This document shows positions 58,261 to 64,000 of a DNA stretch of 64,000 nucleotides, piece after piece. Position 1 is the stretch's first letter. Each line of letters starts with the position of its first letter. The DNA comes from Candidatus Kryptoniota bacterium (GTDB taxonomy: Bacteria > Bacteroidota > Ignavibacteria > Kryptoniales > JAKASW01). Position numbers and translations under genes: made by a program. The notes below the pieces were generated by a model. The model searched no databases. It saw only the letters and a program-made list of their open reading frames with translations, and was not told where the DNA came from. The stretch is from contig JBMFVE010000001.1 of assembly GCA_049966155.1 (NCBI GenBank), positions 543,831 to 607,830 of the forward strand. The letters run 5' to 3'.

Positions 58261-60643
58261 ACTTAAAGAAAAATCTAACAGTGGGACGCGACATTCACAA
58301 AAAAGATCTCTTGGCTCTGAAATCACAATTTTCTCTTTCCTGGTAATTTCCCTCCTTATTTCATTCAGTATAATATCCTACTCTCCAGCTGACGATGCCA
58401 ACTCTGAAATTGGTTTCCTTGATATATTTAAGCTCCTTCTGGGGGATGAGAGCATTCGCTCCAGGGCCGATACAATACACAACTGGTTAGGAATCTTCGG
58501 CGCATATATTTCTAACTTCTTTGTAAATGCAACAATTGGTGAATATTCAATTGTTTTTCCTTTAATTCTCTTCATCTTTAGCTGGACAGCCCTTCTTAGA
58601 AAGAACTATCGATCAGCAGCACGGTTCAGTACAATTGCTTTGCTATATGCAATTATATTAGCAGTTCTGACAGCTTACTTAAATAGCTTCTTTGGCCCAA
58701 ACAATCTTGGCAAAGAATGGTACGGATTAATGGGAGAGTTTGCGTGTGTATCGCTCCTGCGAACGTTCGGTACATTTGGCGCCGGGGCAGTGATTTTCCT
58801 TTATATTTTCTCACTCGTTGTACTCACCTTTAACATTTCGCCACAAAAGCTCCTTTCAAAAATAATAAGTTTCACATCTTCCATGTTTCTTCTGCTCAAG
58901 AAGCGCCAGATAGAGAACAATACCTCACCCGCTGAAGATAAAAAGGTGGAAGTAAGCAAAGCCCGCCATCAGGAGACTCCAGTTAAGATAGTTCGTGAAG
59001 AAATTAAACTAAAACATGATTCTTCGTTGATGGAAGAGGCAAAAGAACTAGTGAAACGCACCACGTCACGAAATTTACCGGAAGAAGAGGAAGAATTGGA
59101 AGATGAAATAAAAATATCGTCAGCTGCACCCGTCGAGATGCAAAATTTTGACGAGGAAATAGATTATACACCACCGCCACTTGACCTTCTCGACGTGCCA
59201 GTGGAAGTGGACAAAATATCTGACGAAGAGCTCAGGGCAAATGCCGAATTACTGAGGTCCAAGTTACACGTATTCGATATAGAAATCGAAAGTGTCAGCG
59301 TTATACCCGGACCTGTCGTTACACTCTATGAACTTGTTCCTGCAAGCGGTGTCAAAATAAGCAGAATTACAAGTCTTGCCGATGATTTGGCTCTTGCACT
59401 TCAGGCCAGAGGCATAAGGATAATAGCCCCCATCCCCGGTAAAGGTGCAGTTGGGGTTGAAATTCCCAACCACAAGCCACAAATTGTCAAGTTTCGAAGC
59501 ATCGTTGCATCACCAAAATTTCAGGATCTTCGTTATCACCTACCTCTTGCAATGGGGAAGACAATTACAGGAGAAGTGTTTGTTGACGACTTATCCCGCA
59601 TGCCACACCTTTTAATTGCAGGCGCTACAGGTTCTGGAAAGAGTGTTGGCATTAACACAATTATGATGAGCATGATTTACAAGCTTCACCCTAGTGAAAT
59701 TAAGTTTGTTATTATCGATCCAAAGAAAATCGAACTATCCCTTTACAAAAAGCTCAACAGACATTTTCTTGCAGTATCGCCCGACATAAATGAAGATATT
59801 ATCACAGAATCTGACAATGCCGTTCTTTGCCTGAAATCTGTTGAAGCAGAGATGGATTCCAGGTACTCACTCCTTGCAAAAGCAGGGGTAAGAAACATAC
59901 AGGATTACAATAAAAAGCTTGTTGATGGTAAACTCAGGGATACTGAGGACACAAGATTCATAAAACTACCATATATCGTGGTGGTAATAGACGAACTTGC
60001 AGATTTAATGCTTACAGCTGCACATGAGGTCGAAGATCCAATCACCAGACTCGCGCAACTGGCGAGAGCAGTAGGTATACACCTTGTGCTTGCAACACAG
60101 AGGCCTTCAGTCGATGTAATAACCGGTTTAATTAAAGCAAATTTTCCTGCCAGAATAGCTTACCAGGTTGCTTCCCGCATTGACTCCAGGACAATCCTCG
60201 ATCAAAATGGCGCTGAGCAACTTCTCGGAAACGGCGATATGCTATATCTGGCAGCAGGAAGTTCAAAACCCGAGCGTATTCAGAATTCTTTTATCTCCAC
60301 AGAAGAGATTGAGCGAATTGTTGATTTCATATCTAAACAAAAAGGATACTCAAGGCCATACCAGTTGCCTTCTGTCCTTTCTCGGAAAAAGAACGGTGAG
60401 CATGAAAAAGAGGAGTTTGACGAAATGTTTGAGGAGGCTGCAAGGCTCGTTGTACGTCATCAACAGGCTTCCACATCTTTTCTACAAAGAAGGCTAAAAC
60501 TTGGCTACGGGCGAGCCGCTCGGATTGTCGATGAGCTTGAAGCTGCAGGAATTGTTGGTCCATTTGAAGGGAGCAAAGGAAGAGAAGTGCTGATAGAAAG
60601 TGAAGCTGAACTTGATGCTAAACTTCTCGATCTGGGTCTTTGA
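58253..60643 (+). CDS. ftsK: DNA translocase FtsK/SpoIIIE
   Basis: 796 aa. N-terminal TM segments, an acidic linker, a motor domain with GATGSGKSV and a C-terminal gamma winged helix (LQRRLKLGYGRAARIVDELE). Confidence 0.93.
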   Translation: MAELKEKSNSGTRHSQKRSLGSEITIFSFLVISLLISFSIISYSPADDANSEIGFLDIFKLLLGDESIRSRADTIHNWLGIFGAYISNFFVNATIGEYSIVFPLILFIFSWTALLRKNYRSAARFSTIALLYAIILAVLTAYLNSFFGPNNLGKEWYGLMGEFACVSLLRTFGTFGAGAVIFLYIFSLVVLTFNISPQKLLSKIISFTSSMFLLLKKRQIENNTSPAEDKKVEVSKARHQETPVKIVREEIKLKHDSSLMEEAKELVKRTTSRNLPEEEEELEDEIKISSAAPVEMQNFDEEIDYTPPPLDLLDVPVEVDKISDEELRANAELLRSKLHVFDIEIESVSVIPGPVVTLYELVPASGVKISRITSLADDLALALQARGIRIIAPIPGKGAVGVEIPNHKPQIVKFRSIVASPKFQDLRYHLPLAMGKTITGEVFVDDLSRMPHLLIAGATGSGKSVGINTIMMSMIYKLHPSEIKFVIIDPKKIELSLYKKLNRHFLAVSPDINEDIITESDNAVLCLKSVEAEMDSRYSLLAKAGVRNIQDYNKKLVDGKLRDTEDTRFIKLPYIVVVIDELADLMLTAAHEVEDPITRLAQLARAVGIHLVLATQRPSVDVITGLIKANFPARIAYQVASRIDSRTILDQNGAEQLLGNGDMLYLAAGSSKPERIQNSFISTEEIERIVDFISKQKGYSRPYQLPSVLSRKKNGEHEKEEFDEMFEEAARLVVRHQQASTSFLQRRLKLGYGRAARIVDELEAAGIVGPFEGSKGREVLIESEAELDAKLLDLGL

Positions 60644-60682
60644 ATATTCATCCTTTAAAATTAAAACCAGAGGTAATTGACA

Positions 60683-61324
60683 ATGAAGAATGCTTTGCTG
60701 GGATTGACTGTTTTTTTAGCAACAGGCATTTTATTTGCTAAAAGCAATCCAACCGCGTCGGAAATAATTGCCAACGTGCAGAAGAAATATAATCAGACAA
60801 ATGATGCCATTATTTACTTTACTCAAACCGTTGTTTATCCACTCTCAAAAATCTCCAGAACTGTCCACGGAACGTTATTCATAAAAAAAGAAAATCACTA
60901 CAAAATCGTAACTGATGAAAAGACTATCGTTACAGATGGGAAGACATCATGGATCTACTCACCGGAAACAAATCAGGTTATCATAGACAACTTCAGAGAG
61001 GACGAAAACACAATTACTCCCGACAGATTTCTACTTAATGTGCCGTCAAATTATTTTGCAGTCTTGCTCACGACATCAAAGGATACTACGGGAGAAATTT
61101 ACATACTCCGGCTCACTCCCAAAAACGACAACTCCTTTATACGCTCTATAAAAATATGGGTTAATTCAGACTGGACAGTTCGCCGTGCCGAAGTTTCTGA
61201 TATAAACGATGTCAGGTATGACTACTCAGTCGAAAAAATTCGACTAAATACTAATTTGAGTTATTCAGAATTTAAATTTACCCCCCCAAAGGGTGTCCAG
61301 ATTGTTGATTTGAGAAATCATTGA
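60683..61324 (+). CDS. lolA: Outer-membrane lipoprotein carrier protein LolA-like
   Basis: About 213 aa. Signal peptide and LolA-like pattern. The ftsK-lolA synteny seen in many Gram-negative bacteria is conserved here. Confidence 0.75.
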   Translation: MKNALLGLTVFLATGILFAKSNPTASEIIANVQKKYNQTNDAIIYFTQTVVYPLSKISRTVHGTLFIKKENHYKIVTDEKTIVTDGKTSWIYSPETNQVIIDNFREDENTITPDRFLLNVPSNYFAVLLTTSKDTTGEIYILRLTPKNDNSFIRSIKIWVNSDWTVRRAEVSDINDVRYDYSVEKIRLNTNLSYSEFKFTPPKGVQIVDLRNH

Positions 61325-61373
61325 GCAGTATTTTATAAAAACACTAATCTTTAATTTTGCCAATAATTCCAAA

Positions 61374-62396
61374 TTGAAAACCAAAAATAAAGCTGTCCGC
61401 ACTATCATAGGCATTGGAATAGCTGCCATATTTATATTTTTCGCATTCAGGAGTATTTCGCTGACTGTGTTGATAAGGGATGCTTCAAAAGCAAATTTTT
61501 ATATTCTTATATTAGCAACACTCGTTGTACTTTTCAGCCATTTCGTCAGAGCGCTGAGGTGGCGTGTAATCCTGAATGAAATAAAAGACAATGTATCTGT
61601 CTCAAATACATGGGGGAGTATAATGGTCGGCTACCTCTTCAACAACTTTGTTCCACGACTCGGAGAGGTGGTGCGCGCATATACAACAGGGAGGATTGAG
61701 GAGATAAGTGTAAGTGCGGTTCTTGGAACTATTGTACTTGAACGGCTTTTCGACATGCTATCAGCGGGTATTTTATTGGGGATCGCACTTCTTACCTATC
61801 ATGGAGATATCATCAGTTCTTTCCCATTCCTGCGGACGGCCGGAATAATTTTAATTTTCGGATCGGTTACTACCTGTGTTTTCCTGTACATTTCCTCAGC
61901 ATCGGGACGCTTTAGAAAATTTTTGCTTTCTGCAATAAAGTTCTTCCTGCCAACCAAATTAGCCTCAAGGGTTCAAAAAACGATACTCTCTTTCATGGAA
62001 TCGTTTTCAATCCTGCGTTCTTCCAAACGCCTGCTCAAAATATCAATTTACACTGCATTGATATGGTTAATTTATGTATACACCATGTATATTCCTTTCT
62101 TTGCCTTTCAATTTCAAACTGCACTACATTTAAATTTTTACGATGCCTTTATTTTAATACTTATTACTTCAATTGCCTGGATGATACCAAGTCCAGGTGC
62201 TACTGGTGTCTACCACTTATTTATATCAAAAGCACTTATCACTTTGTTTGGAGTTCCAGAGGACGAGGCGCTGGCTTATGCAGTGCTAACGCACCTGTTT
62301 GCATACTTGGCAATTACAGTCGTTGGTGCAATTTTTGTCTATATCTTTTCTGCACAGAAGAACATAAAGCCATTAAAAGACATTCCTCAAGAATAA
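61374..62396 (+). CDS. Flippase-like / lysylphosphatidylglycerol-synthase TM-region family membrane protein (UPF0104)
   Basis: 340 aa, roughly 8 TM segments. The early motif RALRWRVIL is typical of the family. The start codon is TTG. Confidence 0.7.
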   Translation: MKTKNKAVRTIIGIGIAAIFIFFAFRSISLTVLIRDASKANFYILILATLVVLFSHFVRALRWRVILNEIKDNVSVSNTWGSIMVGYLFNNFVPRLGEVVRAYTTGRIEEISVSAVLGTIVLERLFDMLSAGILLGIALLTYHGDIISSFPFLRTAGIILIFGSVTTCVFLYISSASGRFRKFLLSAIKFFLPTKLASRVQKTILSFMESFSILRSSKRLLKISIYTALIWLIYVYTMYIPFFAFQFQTALHLNFYDAFILILITSIAWMIPSPGATGVYHLFISKALITLFGVPEDEALAYAVLTHLFAYLAITVVGAIFVYIFSAQKNIKPLKDIPQE

Positions 62397-62445
62397 AGGC
62401 AGAATTATAGCGGCAATTCTTACCGCACGACTGAGCGATTTTCAT

Positions 62446-62473
62446 TTCATGAATTCTTAACATAACCTTAATA
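62446..62473 (+). promoter_or_regulatory. Candidate Pho-box-like hexamer repeats upstream of the porin-pstS genes
   Basis: TTCATG (62446), TTAACA (62457) and TTAATA (62468) are spaced exactly 11 bp apart. The layout resembles the PhoP/PhoB TT(A/T/C)ACA direct-repeat logic. The site lies roughly 50-80 nt upstream of ATG 62524. Confidence 0.3.
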
Positions 62474-62523
62474 GCATGGTCAACCTCCATATGTAAATTA
62501 AAGCAAAAAGGAAGGCCAAAGAT

Positions 62524-63498
62524 ATGAAAGCTTTTTTTACCCTTGTGACCGTGCTGTTTATGGGATCCGCCACTTTAGCACAGAATTTACCGAGATTCTC
62601 AGGATTAATGTTTGGAGACTACTACTACAATATTAAAAATCATGATCCCGCGCAAAACGATATGCAGGCTTTTGATTACAGAAGGATTTACCTGACAACA
62701 GATTATGATATTAGCGATGGCTTTACATCCCGATTCAGGCTCGAATCGGATCCCGGTGCTTCGACTTTGCAAAACGGAAAGCTCACTGTGATGATGAAAG
62801 ATGCATACCTGGACTGGAAAGGCTTAATTGACAACGGACACGTTATCTTTGGGGTTCAGGGAACATGGAACATAAATTTAGCTGAAGCTATATTCGGATA
62901 CCGGTCACTTGAAAAAACCATTCAGGATTTACATGGAATAAGCGCTTCAAGAGACATGGGAATTTCCGTCAGCAAAAATTTTTCTCCCGCATTTTCTGCG
63001 GGTATCCTGGTCGGCAACAACAGCGGAAATGGATTGTGGACAAATCGTTATAAGAGAGGATATCTATATATTCAGTTCAGACCGATCAGGGAAATGATTA
63101 TTCTGGTGGATGGTGATTATTCTGGTGCACCGTCAAAAAAATACTTGAAAACTGGGGATATCATTGTCGCCTATACAAACAACTCGTTCAGTTTAGGTGC
63201 CCAGGCATACATCCAGAGCAAAGACCACAGCCAGCCCGACGGATCGACATTGACAAGCTACGGGATAAGCCTTAATGGATGGGCCAGGTTAGTTGATAAT
63301 TTAAGGCTCGTTGCAAGATTAGACCGTTGGGATCCCAATACAAAAATGAGTGGCGGTGTTCAAAATCTTTTGCTCGCTGCCCTTGATTATACTGTTAACA
63401 GAAATGTTCACATAATGCCAAATATTGAAACAACTACTTACAGCGACGGTATGCAATCAGATGTAACCTTAAGAGGAACTTTTTATTTCACATTCTAA
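62524..63498 (+). CDS. Outer-membrane porin (possibly phosphate-selective, Porin_O_P-like)
   Basis: 324 aa. Signal peptide ending LAQ, alternating beta-strand pattern and C-terminal YFTF with a terminal Phe. It lies directly upstream of pstS. Confidence 0.6.
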   Translation: MKAFFTLVTVLFMGSATLAQNLPRFSGLMFGDYYYNIKNHDPAQNDMQAFDYRRIYLTTDYDISDGFTSRFRLESDPGASTLQNGKLTVMMKDAYLDWKGLIDNGHVIFGVQGTWNINLAEAIFGYRSLEKTIQDLHGISASRDMGISVSKNFSPAFSAGILVGNNSGNGLWTNRYKRGYLYIQFRPIREMIILVDGDYSGAPSKKYLKTGDIIVAYTNNSFSLGAQAYIQSKDHSQPDGSTLTSYGISLNGWARLVDNLRLVARLDRWDPNTKMSGGVQNLLLAALDYTVNRNVHIMPNIETTTYSDGMQSDVTLRGTFYFTF

Positions 63499-63532
63499 AT
63501 CAAAAACAAAAGGAGAAACAAGATGTTAAAAA

Positions 63533-64000
63533 AAATTATATTTAGCCTGGCTGCTATTGCTCTCATGTTCAGCAATGGCGGGGCACAAACAGTGATTAAT
63601 GGAGCCGGCTCAACATTTATATATCCAATGTTCTCACTCTGGTCGTCTGAGTATCATAAGATTAAACCAGATGTACAAATTAACTATCAATCTATTGGAA
63701 GTGGCGGAGGTATCAGACAACTTATCAGCGGCACCGTGGAAATCGGTGCAACAGACGCACCTCTGACGGACGAACAAATTGCCGATGCTACAAAAGCACA
63801 TGGACCCGTATTGCACATACCCGAGGCACTTGGGGCAGTTGTTGTTATGTATAACATCCCTGGTGTAAACAAAACATTAAAATTTGACGGCCCCACATTA
63901 GCAGACATTTATCTCGGAAAGATAAGAGACTGGAACGACCAGAGGATAAAAAAACTAAATCCTGAAATAAACTTCCCAAATAAACCAATAATAGTTGTTC
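63533..64000 (+). CDS. pstS: Phosphate ABC transporter substrate-binding protein PstS (5' part, runs off the window)
   Basis: Not in the ORF track because there is no stop. My translation is MLKKIIFSLAAIALMFSNGGAQTVINGAGSTFIYPMFSLWSSEYHKIKPDVQINYQSIGSGGGIRQLISGTVEIGATDAPL, which carries the canonical PstS motifs GAGSTF and SIGSGGG. AGGAGAAA lies upstream. Confidence 0.9.

Noticed and set aside
1-64000. CRISPR arrays, IS elements or tandem repeats anywhere in the window
   Set aside because: Reading all intergenic spacers showed no regularly spaced repeats and no terminal inverted repeats flanking a transposase-like ORF. The spacers are short (mostly under 200 nt) and unique.

Overview
The window is a compact, mostly co-directional stretch of core chromosome, moderately AT-rich by eye. 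I read about 50 protein genes, 2 tRNAs and very short intergenic spacers. The gene content points to an FCB-group bacterium (Ignavibacteriota/Bacteroidota-like): a type IX secretion C-terminal sorting tail, a TonB-dependent receptor with a carboxypeptidase-regulatory-like N-terminus, a DUF2723 GT-C protein and a TatT-type TRAP accessory protein. This taxonomic call is inference only.

Gene content:
- Replication and repair: dnaX, dnaE, ftsK, xerD, radC.
- Proteostasis: lon, an M16 peptidase and an M50 protease.
- Central metabolism: maeB, pfkA, tal, an aldehyde dehydrogenase, guaA, accB/accC, and gcvT/gcvH/gcvPA.
- A lysC-lysA-asd-yitJ aspartate-family operon.
- Translation: proS, efp, tRNA-Arg(CCT) and tRNA-Val(CAC).
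- Envelope: murB, lolA, a porin and pstS.

I saw no CRISPR array, no intact mobile element, no phage integrase and no recognisable defence or toxin island.

Observations most worth a second look:
1. An A10 slippery run in dnaX at the expected gamma/tau boundary, with stops in both alternative frames within 0-3 codons.
2. An octaheme c-type cytochrome carrying a T9SS C-terminal sorting domain, a candidate surface or extracellular electron-transfer protein.
3. A tightly coupled three-gene operon of a DUF2723 (TMEM260-like GT-C with TPR), a SAM methyltransferase and a GT4 glycosyltransferase, a candidate uncharacterised glycosylation system.
4. A TatT-associated TRAP transporter translationally coupled to a methyltransferase and a metallophosphoesterase.
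5. A frameshifted gene relic in the only sizeable non-coding gap.

Many longest-ORF starts in the supplied track are TTG-initiated N-terminal over-extensions. I give corrected starts where homology to well-known N-termini or an SD-like motif supports them. All homology statements come from my reading of motifs, not from database searches.
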